A DNA stretch of 32,000 nt from Erysipelotrichaceae bacterium (GTDB lineage Bacteria > Bacillota_I > Bacilli_A > Erysipelotrichales > Erysipelotrichaceae). The DNA is taken from assembly GCA_963663995.1 (NCBI GenBank), contig OY760660.1, positions 60,001 to 92,000 on the forward strand, written 5' to 3'. This document shows, in pieces, positions 17,298 through 27,360 of this stretch. How positions within the stretch are numbered: the stretch's first letter is position 1; each line of letters starts with the position of its first letter. A program made the translations under genes and the position numbers. The notes beneath the pieces were generated by a model. It was not told the DNA's origin. It saw only the letters and a list, made by a program, of their open reading frames with translations, and did no database searches.

Positions 17298-17386
17298 GGA
17301 GGAATACCCAAGCGGTTTAAGGGACTAGTCTTGAAAACTAGCAGATGTGAGAGCATGCGTGGGTTCGAATCCCACTTCCTCCGCCA
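17298..17386 (+). tRNA. tRNA-Ser (TGA)
   Basis: Acceptor stem GGAGGAA/TTCCTCC, anticodon loop CT-TGA-AA, long variable arm, encoded CCA. Confidence 0.9.
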
Positions 17387-17390
17387 GAAT

Positions 17391-17419
17391 TTGATTCAAA
17401 CATGATTTTCTATTACAAT
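17391..17419 (+). promoter_or_regulatory. Candidate internal sigma-A promoter in the Ser/fMet spacer
   Basis: TTGATT (17391-17396), 17-nt spacer, TACAAT (17414-17419), inside the only long (71-nt) spacer of the cluster. Confidence 0.45.
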
Positions 17420-17457
17420 AGAGGTCGTTGAATATATAGCATAGATTATATACATAT

Positions 17458-17534
<77 letters not shown>

Positions 17535-17536
17535 AT

Positions 17537-17612
<76 letters not shown>

Positions 17613-17622
17613 TTAAGAAAAA

Positions 17623-17646
17623 CATCCTAAGGGATGATTTTTTTTT
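17623..17646 (+). terminator. Intrinsic terminator after the tRNA cluster
   Basis: CATCC-taag-GGATG followed by A and T9. Confidence 0.7.
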
Positions 17647-17668
17647 GTTTTTTTTATATGATAGTCCT

Positions 17669-18049
17669 ATGAAACTATTTGGAACAGCCATAAACTGCAT
17701 GGACGGTCGGGTACAACCTGCAATCCATCAATATATTAAAGAAAAATATAACGTTGATTATGTCGATACAATTACTTTAGCAGGACCTGTTAAAATCATC
17801 GCAACCAGGATCACTGGAAGCTTAATTCGCGATTTAAAGTTTAGGGTTGCGATTTCGGTTGATGTTCATAAATCAGACATTATCGCCTTGGTTGGTCATA
17901 CTGATTGTGCGGGGATTCATGAGCCAGATGATCTCCAAAAGAAACATCTCATACAATCAGTAAAGAAAGTTAAACAATGGTATCCACAAGTGAAAGTTAT
18001 CGGATTGTGGTTAGATGATGACTTTCATATTGTTCAAGAAATTACCTAA
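17669..18049 (+). CDS. Small beta-carbonic-anhydrase-like protein, function uncertain
   Basis: C-x-D-x-R (CMDGR) near the N-terminus and H-x-x-C (GHTDCAG) 67 residues later match the beta-CA zinc-ligand pattern. The ORF track starts at a TTG (17645) inside the terminator T-run; the ATG at 17669 (MKLFG) is more plausible. Neither start has an RBS. Confidence 0.5.
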   Translation: MKLFGTAINCMDGRVQPAIHQYIKEKYNVDYVDTITLAGPVKIIATRITGSLIRDLKFRVAISVDVHKSDIIALVGHTDCAGIHEPDDLQKKHLIQSVKKVKQWYPQVKVIGLWLDDDFHIVQEIT

Positions 18050-19604
<1,555 letters not shown>

Positions 19605-19627
19605 AAGCGCGAAAGCGCTTTTTTTTT
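19605..19627 (+). terminator. Intrinsic terminator after the GH1 gene
   Basis: AAGCGC-gaaa-GCGCTT followed by a T-run. Confidence 0.85.
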
Positions 19628-19659
19628 GCATTGTCTATCATTTATCTATAAAATAGACA
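19626..19659 (+). promoter_or_regulatory. Candidate promoter with a 7-bp inverted repeat bracketing the -10, directly abutting the start codon
   Basis: TTGCAT (19626-19631), TATAAA (19647-19652, spacer 15-16 nt), and inverted repeat TGTCTAT (19632-19638) / ATAGACA (19653-19659). The ATG is at 19661 and there is no Shine-Dalgarno sequence. Confidence 0.4.
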
Positions 19660-19660
19660 T

Positions 19661-20440
19661 ATGAGTGCATTTACATTCAATTATTTTTTCGCTGATGCCA
19701 GTGGAATTCCATCAGAAATAGCGATTGGATTGTTTAGTACAACCCATATTCTTTATGCTTTAGCCATGTTAGTAATGGCACTATTGATTTCTTTTTTTTA
19801 CCGTAATTTAGCAGGTCGTAAAAAATCATCATTTAAGCGAAATTTCTCATTATTTATATTATTTTATGAATTATTACGATTCTTAGCTTATGTTCAAATG
19901 GGACGCTTTTCTTGGGAATTATTACCTTTACATCTCTGTGGTTTATCCGAGTTTTTGATCTTTGGCTATGCATTTACAAAAAATAAGTATCTTAAGGAAA
20001 GTTTATATGCTTTAGGCTTAATTGGAGCAGTCATGGCTTTAACTTTTGCGGATTGGGTCAATTTTCCATTTTGGCATTTTCAAACAATTCATAGCTTTAC
20101 TCAACACGGCTTTTTATTAAGTTTTGTCTTGATGTTGCTGATAAGTGGAGAACTTAAACCAAATCCACGTCATTTACCAGCTGTCTTTATGGGTTTAATT
20201 ATTGTGTTAATACCTATTTATTATCTTAATGGACTTTTAAATACAAATTTCTTTTTCTTAGCTTACCCATCACCAGGTAGTCCACTTGTGCTATTTGCGG
20301 ATTGGGTTGGAAGTCCAGGCTATATCTTTGTTGTTTTAGGATTATTGTTTATTGTTTGGCTATTTATGTATCTACCATATTTGGGGAAGCGGAAGTCAAG
20401 TAAACGTGCTTATAAACTTCCGGTAAGGAGATCAGTATGA
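19661..20440 (+). CDS. Polytopic integral membrane protein, YwaF/TIGR02206-like
   Basis: 259 aa with about 7 hydrophobic segments. The LPLHLCGL motif is characteristic of the YwaF/TMEM164-like family as I recall it. Basic C-terminal tail. Confidence 0.6.
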   Translation: MSAFTFNYFFADASGIPSEIAIGLFSTTHILYALAMLVMALLISFFYRNLAGRKKSSFKRNFSLFILFYELLRFLAYVQMGRFSWELLPLHLCGLSEFLIFGYAFTKNKYLKESLYALGLIGAVMALTFADWVNFPFWHFQTIHSFTQHGFLLSFVLMLLISGELKPNPRHLPAVFMGLIIVLIPIYYLNGLLNTNFFFLAYPSPGSPLVLFADWVGSPGYIFVVLGLLFIVWLFMYLPYLGKRKSSKRAYKLPVRRSV

Positions 20441-21324
20441 GTATTGATTTACATTTGCATTCTATTTATTCCATAAATGGTGAATATAGTGTTTTAGATC
20501 TATTTAAAAAAGCTGAAGAAGCTGGTTTAACAGTGGCTGCAATTGCTGATGAAGATAGTATTCAAGCTAATCGTGAAGTTTTACAATATGAGAATTATTC
20601 GCAGATTAAATGGTTTACGGCAACTCAAATTTCAGTAAATCATAATGGATTAGAATTTCAACTCTTAGCTTATGGAATTGATATTAATTATCCTTGGTTT
20701 GAACAACACGAAAAAAAGATGAAACAAAGTTATCTTGAGACGATTCCTAAAATGATAAATCGATTAAATGAACTTTATCAATTTAATTTGAGTTTAGAAG
20801 AATTAAGGAATTTTGCCAAAGAAGATAGCATTACACCAATTTGTGTTGCTCGATATATTTTGTCTAAAAAAGAATTAAAAGATCATAAAGAAATTAAAGC
20901 ATTTAAATCTAATGCATCACGCTATTTTTCTTTTGAAAGTAGTTTTGTGAAGAAATATTTAAGTCATGGTAAAAAAGCCTATGTTGAAAGCTATAGTGCT
21001 AATTATTATGATGCCTTGAATGCAATACATAGTGCTCATGGGGTTGCAGTCCTGGCTCATCCAGGATTATCTATTCATGAAGATACAAGTGTATTAAGTC
21101 AACTCGTACATTTAGGCTTAGATGGGTTAGAATGTTATAGTCCTTATCATTCAGAAATACAAAATGCATTTTATGTATCCTTTGCCTTAAAAAGAGGTTT
21201 ACTGATTACATGTGGTAGTGATTTTGGACGAAAAGATGAAAAAACGAAAGTAGGACAAACACATTGTCCAATGAGCGCAACTGAGATTTTATCTTTATTT
21301 GCGAAAAGAGGAGTAGTCATTTGA
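20437..21324 (+). CDS. PHP-domain protein of the TrpH/YciV family with a degenerate metal-binding site
   Basis: DLHLHS at the N-terminus and KYLSHGKKAYV...AVLAHPG are collinear with TrpH-type PHP phosphoesterases. Several canonical ligand positions are substituted (see findings). ATGA overlap with the upstream gene; AAGGAG RBS. Confidence 0.75.
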   Translation: MSIDLHLHSIYSINGEYSVLDLFKKAEEAGLTVAAIADEDSIQANREVLQYENYSQIKWFTATQISVNHNGLEFQLLAYGIDINYPWFEQHEKKMKQSYLETIPKMINRLNELYQFNLSLEELRNFAKEDSITPICVARYILSKKELKDHKEIKAFKSNASRYFSFESSFVKKYLSHGKKAYVESYSANYYDALNAIHSAHGVAVLAHPGLSIHEDTSVLSQLVHLGLDGLECYSPYHSEIQNAFYVSFALKRGLLITCGSDFGRKDEKTKVGQTHCPMSATEILSLFAKRGVVI

Positions 21325-22616
21325 AAATAGGTTTAGTCTCTTTAGGATGTAGTAAAAATTTAGTTGATTCAGAAAACATACTCGGCTGGTTTAAATCCAA
21401 TGATCATACAGTGGTCACAGATTTAAGTTTGGCCGATGTTTTAGTGGTGAATACTTGTGGTTTTATAGAACCAGCCAAAAAGGAAAGCATCGATACTATT
21501 TTAGATGTTTCAAAGTATAAAGAAAAAAATGCAAAGTCATTAATTGTTACGGGATGTCTTGTGCAACGTTACTATGATGAACTTAAAGAATCATTACCTG
21601 AAGTGGATGCCTTTATCCGTATTCAAGATTATCCACATATTGGCGAATTATTAGATCCACTTTTAGGTGTGCAGTCTAAAGTGGTTTATGGGAAACATGA
21701 ACGTTTAGTTTCAACGCTAAAGCATTCAGCGTATTTAAAGATAGCTGAGGGTTGTTCAAATCGTTGTAGTTATTGTGCGATTCCACTTATTCGTGGTGGA
21801 ATGGATTCATATCCCATTGATGATTTAGTTTTACAAGCACAAAAGTTAGCTGATGATGGGGTTAAAGAAATCGTATTAATTGCCCAAGACACTTCACGTT
21901 TTGGCGAAGAAAAAGGGGCAAATCAACTGGTTGAGCTATTAGAAAAAATAAATGATATCGATGACATTGTTTGGATAAGACTTCTTTACTTATATCCTAA
22001 TGCGATGACACCAAGCTTATTAGAGGGGATGAAGCGTTTACCAAAGGTATTACCGTACTTTGATATTCCTATTCAACATGCTGATGATACTCTACTAAAA
22101 AATATGCGTCGAAAAGGTAGTTCAACAGATAATGCTGATGCGATAAAACGGATACGTAAAGAATTTGAAAATGCCGTTTTGCGAACAACCGTTATTGTTG
22201 GCTTTCCTGGTGAAACAGAAGAACAATTTCAAAGTCTTTTAAGCTTTGTTGAAGAAAATGAGTTTGATCGATTAGGTGCATTTACCTATTCACCAGAAGA
22301 CGATACCGTTGCTTATGAAATGGAAGATGATGTTCCTCAAGAAGTTAAAGAAGATCGTCTTCATCGATTGATGCAAGTTCAATCTCTTATTTCAGATAAA
22401 CTTATGCAAAAACAAATCGGAAAAGTGTATAAAACTTTGATTGAAGCACGTGAATCAAAATCACATATCTATCATGGTAGAACCTATGCCATGGCACCCG
22501 ATGATGTCGATGGTGAACTCTTGTTTACCAGTGATAAAACACACAAAATTGGTGATTTTGTTGATGTCATGATTGATGAAGTTGAAGGTTTTGATTTAAA
22601 AGGACATGTTGTGTGA
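21321..22616 (+). CDS. rimO: Ribosomal protein S12 methylthiotransferase
   Basis: The N-terminus KIGLVSLGCSKNLVDSE, the radical-SAM CSNRCSYC motif and a C-terminal TRAM domain. TTG start overlapping the upstream TGA (TTGA). Confidence 0.88.
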   Translation: MKIGLVSLGCSKNLVDSENILGWFKSNDHTVVTDLSLADVLVVNTCGFIEPAKKESIDTILDVSKYKEKNAKSLIVTGCLVQRYYDELKESLPEVDAFIRIQDYPHIGELLDPLLGVQSKVVYGKHERLVSTLKHSAYLKIAEGCSNRCSYCAIPLIRGGMDSYPIDDLVLQAQKLADDGVKEIVLIAQDTSRFGEEKGANQLVELLEKINDIDDIVWIRLLYLYPNAMTPSLLEGMKRLPKVLPYFDIPIQHADDTLLKNMRRKGSSTDNADAIKRIRKEFENAVLRTTVIVGFPGETEEQFQSLLSFVEENEFDRLGAFTYSPEDDTVAYEMEDDVPQEVKEDRLHRLMQVQSLISDKLMQKQIGKVYKTLIEARESKSHIYHGRTYAMAPDDVDGELLFTSDKTHKIGDFVDVMIDEVEGFDLKGHVV

Positions 22617-23653
22617 AAAAAACTTTAGTTGTTTTTTGTCTTACGATATTAGTTTCCGTTTTACTTTACTTTTCACCCTTTAAAACGATGGTTTTAAACA
22701 GTGTTTATCCATCTTATAGTGAACTAAGTGAAAAAGGTTATAGCTATGCAGAAATAAAAGATTTTCATCAAAGTTTATCGGCTGATGACTATGCATTAAT
22801 TCTGTCTTTTGACTATTACTCAGATATTAAAAAAATAGTGACAAGCACGGATTATAAGCATCTAAGAGAATTAGCTTACAGTGAAACTGAAAGTGATGAG
22901 ATTTTTAGTTTAAGTGATGAATACATTGACTTTTATTTAAGTCATGAAAACTTAAGTGTTTATCATGATTTAATTCATCACGACTATTTTGTGATAAATC
23001 GTTTTGATAGATATTTAGCTTATCAGCAAATGCATCCAGATTTAGATCTAATGACAGTGCTTCGCTTAGTAAATAGTAATCGTGATTATGAACTATATAC
23101 GCATATTGAAATGGCGGATACATCAAATCCTATTGAAATATTAGTCAATAAATATTACCAATTACCAAAAGATTATGTGCCTAATTTATATGATAGCTAT
23201 CTTGGTTTTATGATGGAAAAAGAAGCAGCACTTGCTTTAAGTGAAATGTGCTCAGTTATGGCTAACTTAGGTTTTGATTTTAGTATTTCTAACACTTATC
23301 GTGCTTATTCGAAACAAGAACGCATCTATAATGCTTATTTAGAAAAACAAAGCCAAGAAATTGTAGATACTTATTCTGCCCGACCGGGTCATTCTGAACA
23401 TCAAGCTGGTTTGGCTGTAGATTTCAAAAGCACTAGTGAAGATATTGTTTACTTTGCGAATACTAAAGCTTATGAGTGGCTCAAAGAAAATGCCCATATC
23501 TATGGATTCATTCAGCGTTACACTGAAGAGAACTCCATCTATACGGGCTATTCAGCTGAAGAGTGGCACTTTCGATATGTTGGTCCAGACTTAGCTTTAA
23601 TGGTTTATGATACAGGTTTAACTTTAGATGAAGTTTTACTTTTATACCGCTAA
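22613..23653 (+). CDS. Membrane-anchored VanY/M15B-family D-alanyl-D-alanine carboxypeptidase
   Basis: N-terminal TM segment, SARPGHSEHQAGLAVDF (S-x-H-x-x-G-x-A-x-D) and EEWHFRYVG motifs. GTG start overlapping the rimO stop (GTGA). Confidence 0.82.
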   Translation: MKKTLVVFCLTILVSVLLYFSPFKTMVLNSVYPSYSELSEKGYSYAEIKDFHQSLSADDYALILSFDYYSDIKKIVTSTDYKHLRELAYSETESDEIFSLSDEYIDFYLSHENLSVYHDLIHHDYFVINRFDRYLAYQQMHPDLDLMTVLRLVNSNRDYELYTHIEMADTSNPIEILVNKYYQLPKDYVPNLYDSYLGFMMEKEAALALSEMCSVMANLGFDFSISNTYRAYSKQERIYNAYLEKQSQEIVDTYSARPGHSEHQAGLAVDFKSTSEDIVYFANTKAYEWLKENAHIYGFIQRYTEENSIYTGYSAEEWHFRYVGPDLALMVYDTGLTLDEVLLLYR

Positions 23654-25444
23654 TAAAGTTTCTAGTTCATCTAAGCGTTGAGAGAATAATCTCAATGCTT
23701 TTTTAATGGCTTCATCTTTTGACATATCAACACCAGCAACTTTAAGTGCTTCAATGGGTTTTAAGGATGATCCAGATTTTAAGAATGAGATATAGTTATC
23801 AACAGCATGTTGACCTTCACTTAAGATTTTTTCACTTAAGGTAGAAGCAGCTGAGAAACCAGTCGCATATTGATAGACATAATAATTGTAATAGAAGTGG
23901 GGAATACGGGCCCATTCATATTTGATTTCATCACCATAAACAACTTCTTCACCATAGTATCGACGATTCATTTCATCATACTTTTCAGATAAAAGTTCAT
24001 TAGTTAATGCTGTACCTTCTTGATCAAGTTGGTGAATAAGGTGTTCAAATTCTGCAAATTGAGTTTGACGATAAACGGTTCCTTTAACGCCATCACAATA
24101 ATGATTAAGTAAATAAGCTTTTACTTTAGGATCATCGTTTATTTTTAATAGGTAAGCTGTTAATAAGTTTTCATTAGTAGTAGAGGCTACTTCTGCGACA
24201 AAGATTGAGTAATCACCATAGATAAACGGTTGGTTCTTACGTGTGTAATATGAATGCATGGAATGACCTAGTTCATGAGCAAGTGTATATAAGTTATCTA
24301 AGTTGTCTTGCCAGTTTAAGAGCACGTAGGGATTACTTGTATAACAACCACTTGAGTAAGCACCTGAACGTTTACCTTTGTTTTCCATGACATCAATCCA
24401 TCTTGAGTCAAATGCTTCTCTAATACCCTTTAAGTAATCTTCACCTAAAGGTTCAAATGCTTTTAAGATGATGTCTTTAGATTGATCATACGTAAATTCT
24501 AGATCTAAATCGGAAACCATTGGGACATAAAGGTCATACATGGTGATTTCATCTAATTTAAGCGCTTTTTTACGTAGACTAACCCATTTATGTAATGCGG
24601 GTAATTCGGCGTTTACAGCGGAAACTAAGGCATCATATACAGCCTCAGGAATATGATTAGAGAATAGAGCTGCTTCACGTGCTGATTTGAAATTTCTAAC
24701 ACTCGCATTAAAGTTATGTAACTTAACGTTATGAGAAAGTGTAGAAGCAAAAGTATTCGCATGTGATTTAAAACTTTCATACATGTTTTCAAACGCTTGT
24801 TTACGAATATTTCGATCACTACTTTCAAGATATAAGCCATAACGACCATGAGAAAGTTCAAGTTCTTCACCTTTCTCATCAATAACTGATTTAAAAGTTA
24901 AATCAGCGTTATTTAAAACACCAAAGGTATTTGATGATGCCCCAAAGACATCGGAAGCTAAAGCTAATAATTTTTCTTCTTTATCACTTAAAATATGAGC
25001 ACGACGTTCAAATAAGTGATTGAATTCTGTTTCATAGATACTTAAGCGATCATCTTCTAAATAAGCACGAATGACTTCTTCTTTCGCTTTAAGCAAAGAA
25101 GTATCCATGAAAGATAGGGCAGCGGCTACTTTAGAATAAAGTGACATTGCACGCGCATTTAAGGCTTGATAGGTTGCATTAGCTGTATCTTGATCACTTT
25201 TCAAATGCGAATAGACATAAAGATTTTCAATCTTCATGAGTAGCGTATTACGATCTTCTAAAGCATTGAAGAGGGCATCGGCATTCTTAGTTAGGGTTTT
25301 TTCGTGTTTTGCGAAATTGATAACGAGTGCTTCAACATCTTTGAAAGAAGCTTCAAAAGCATCATCATCTTTAAACATAGGGCTCAAGTTCCACGTTAGA
25401 TTTTCTGGAACTTCTGAGCGAATTAGTACTTTTTTATCTGACAT
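23642..25444 (-). CDS. pepF: Oligoendopeptidase F (M3B)
   Basis: 600 aa. HELGHSMH zinc motif and PepF-like N- and C-terminal regions. RBS CAGGAGA. Confidence 0.9.
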   Translation of the reverse strand: MSDKKVLIRSEVPENLTWNLSPMFKDDDAFEASFKDVEALVINFAKHEKTLTKNADALFNALEDRNTLLMKIENLYVYSHLKSDQDTANATYQALNARAMSLYSKVAAALSFMDTSLLKAKEEVIRAYLEDDRLSIYETEFNHLFERRAHILSDKEEKLLALASDVFGASSNTFGVLNNADLTFKSVIDEKGEELELSHGRYGLYLESSDRNIRKQAFENMYESFKSHANTFASTLSHNVKLHNFNASVRNFKSAREAALFSNHIPEAVYDALVSAVNAELPALHKWVSLRKKALKLDEITMYDLYVPMVSDLDLEFTYDQSKDIILKAFEPLGEDYLKGIREAFDSRWIDVMENKGKRSGAYSSGCYTSNPYVLLNWQDNLDNLYTLAHELGHSMHSYYTRKNQPFIYGDYSIFVAEVASTTNENLLTAYLLKINDDPKVKAYLLNHYCDGVKGTVYRQTQFAEFEHLIHQLDQEGTALTNELLSEKYDEMNRRYYGEEVVYGDEIKYEWARIPHFYYNYYVYQYATGFSAASTLSEKILSEGQHAVDNYISFLKSGSSLKPIEALKVAGVDMSKDEAIKKALRLFSQRLDELETLLAV

Positions 25445-25504
25445 ATAAAATTCTCCTGTATGTTTATTATAAAGAACTTTTTAAACAATGCATGTATGAC
25501 ACTC

Positions 25505-25533
25505 AAAAAAAAGACAATACTTGTGTACTGTCT
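25505..25533 (-). terminator. Intrinsic terminator at the end of the lysC-dap operon
   Basis: Minus strand: AGACAGTAC-acaa-GTATTGTCT followed by T8, starting 1 nt after the stop. Confidence 0.8.
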
Positions 25534-25534
25534 C

Positions 25535-26656
25535 TTATCTAGCAAATGTATCTACGATTTTCTTGTAGTATTCAACACCTGTTTCCAGGGATCTCTCATC
25601 TAAATCAAATTGTGCATGATGTAGTGGATATTGACCTGAGCCATAGCCATTGATTCCTAACATCGCAAAGAATCCAGGAATGGCTTCTTGGTAGAAACTA
25701 AAGTCTTCCGCAAACATCATCGGTTGAAGGATAACGTAGTCATCTTCATTTAAACTTGCTTTAACCTTATCAAATAAATCTTGTGGATTATTGACGGGTG
25801 GATAAGTTCGATTAAGTTGAGCTTTTACTTTTACACCAAAGCTTTTTTCAATACCTTCATTGATTTCAGAAACACGTCTTTCAGCTAATTCAAACACATC
25901 TTCAGTAAATGCGCGTATCGTACCGGTCATTTTAACCTGACCTGCTAAGATATTTTGAGCTTCTCCACCTTCAATCGTGCCAATGGTTAAGACACAAGTA
26001 TCTAAAGGATTTAAAGTTCTCGAAACAATTGATTGATAAGCTTGGATTAAATGGGTACTCGCAAGGATCGCATCAATGCCATCATGTGGTGCAGCCGCAT
26101 GAGCACTTTTCCCAGTGACTTCAATAAGCACCTCATCAGATGATGCCAACATTGGTCCATTAACTAAACCGATTTTCCCACTTTCAACACCATAATATAC
26201 ATGTAATCCAAAGATGGCTTCTACATTGTAGTCTTCAAACAATCCTTCTTGAACCAAAATACGAGCACCACCTGGTCCTTCTTCACCTGGCTGAAAAACG
26301 AAAAGGATGGATTTTTCTAAATCTTCATCTTTGAGTTCATAAGCTAATCGTAGAACCATGCTCATATGAGCATCATGTCCACAAGCGTGCATATGTCCTT
26401 GATGTTTAGATTTGAAATTATGTGATGTTGCTTCCTTAATAGGTAAAGCATCCGTATCTGATCTAAAAGCAATCGCTTGATTCACTTTGCCTTGTTTAAA
26501 CGCAATCACAGCTGTTTTCGCATAACGTTTTGTAGTGTAGCCAAAACTGTGTAATTGTTTTTCTAGATAAGTTGCGGTGAGTTCACATTCTAAACCTAAC
26601 TCAGGAATTTGATGTAAGGCTTGGCGATGTGTCTTTAAGAAATCTAGACGATTCAT
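25535..26656 (-). CDS. ykuR: M20-family amidohydrolase, N-acetyldiaminopimelate deacetylase by context
   Basis: 373 aa. The HQIPELG and ACGHDAH motifs are M20D-type. It lies immediately downstream of dapH with a 1-nt TAATG overlap. Confidence 0.75.
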   Translation of the reverse strand: MNRLDFLKTHRQALHQIPELGLECELTATYLEKQLHSFGYTTKRYAKTAVIAFKQGKVNQAIAFRSDTDALPIKEATSHNFKSKHQGHMHACGHDAHMSMVLRLAYELKDEDLEKSILFVFQPGEEGPGGARILVQEGLFEDYNVEAIFGLHVYYGVESGKIGLVNGPMLASSDEVLIEVTGKSAHAAAPHDGIDAILASTHLIQAYQSIVSRTLNPLDTCVLTIGTIEGGEAQNILAGQVKMTGTIRAFTEDVFELAERRVSEINEGIEKSFGVKVKAQLNRTYPPVNNPQDLFDKVKASLNEDDYVILQPMMFAEDFSFYQEAIPGFFAMLGINGYGSGQYPLHHAQFDLDERSLETGVEYYKKIVDTFAR

Positions 26657-27357
26657 TAGCGTAAGTCCTGGAGAATCTCCGTTTTTGCTTTTGTTTTTTC
26701 GTCAGACCATTTAATGAATTTTGCAGGTGATCCAGCGACAACAGCGTAAGGTTCAACATCTGTTGTGACAATAGCTCCAGCCGCAACGACGGCATGATGA
26801 CCGACTTTAACACCTTCTAAAATAACTGCATTTGCACCAACTAAAGCGTGATCTTCAACGATAACTGGTGTTTTGCTTGGTGGTTCTAAAACACCCGCAA
26901 CCACGGCTCCAGCCCCAATGTGGCAATATTTACCAATCGTTCCACGAGCACCGACAACAGCGCCCATATCAATCATCGTACCTTCGCCAATATAAGCGCC
27001 GATATTAATAACAGCACCCATCATAATAACTGCTGATTTTTCAATCACAACATGTTCTCTGATAAATGAACCTGGTTCAATACGTGCATCAATGTTGCGA
27101 GTATCTAAGAGGGGAATGGCTGAGTTACGACGATCATAGGCAATGTGTTGAGCTGTTATTTTATCAGCTAAGTCAGCCAAAAGTTTGTCAACAACATCAA
27201 CATTCGCATAAACAATTCTGAAACTGTCTGTTCCAAAAGCATTAATACCTTTGAAATCATCATCACTAAACTTACCTTGTATCGTCAAGGTAATTGGTGT
27301 TTGTTTTTCAGCTTTCTTAATAAAAGCTGCTATTTCATATGGATCTGTAAAATTCAT
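26656..27357 (-). CDS. dapH: Tetrahydrodipicolinate N-acetyltransferase
   Basis: 233 aa. Hexapeptide-repeat (left-handed beta-helix) C-terminal half with a DapH-like N-terminal domain. Confidence 0.85.
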   Translation of the reverse strand: MNFTDPYEIAAFIKKAEKQTPITLTIQGKFSDDDFKGINAFGTDSFRIVYANVDVVDKLLADLADKITAQHIAYDRRNSAIPLLDTRNIDARIEPGSFIREHVVIEKSAVIMMGAVINIGAYIGEGTMIDMGAVVGARGTIGKYCHIGAGAVVAGVLEPPSKTPVIVEDHALVGANAVILEGVKVGHHAVVAAGAIVTTDVEPYAVVAGSPAKFIKWSDEKTKAKTEILQDLR

Positions 27358-27360
27358 TTT

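Noticed and set aside
17387-17457. Possibility that the 71-nt Ser/fMet spacer hides a degenerate tRNA or small RNA
   Set aside because: I could not draw any cloverleaf (no acceptor/T-arm pairing, no GTTC-type T-loop). Only a 5-bp CTATT/AATAG hairpin is present, so the promoter interpretation is preferred.
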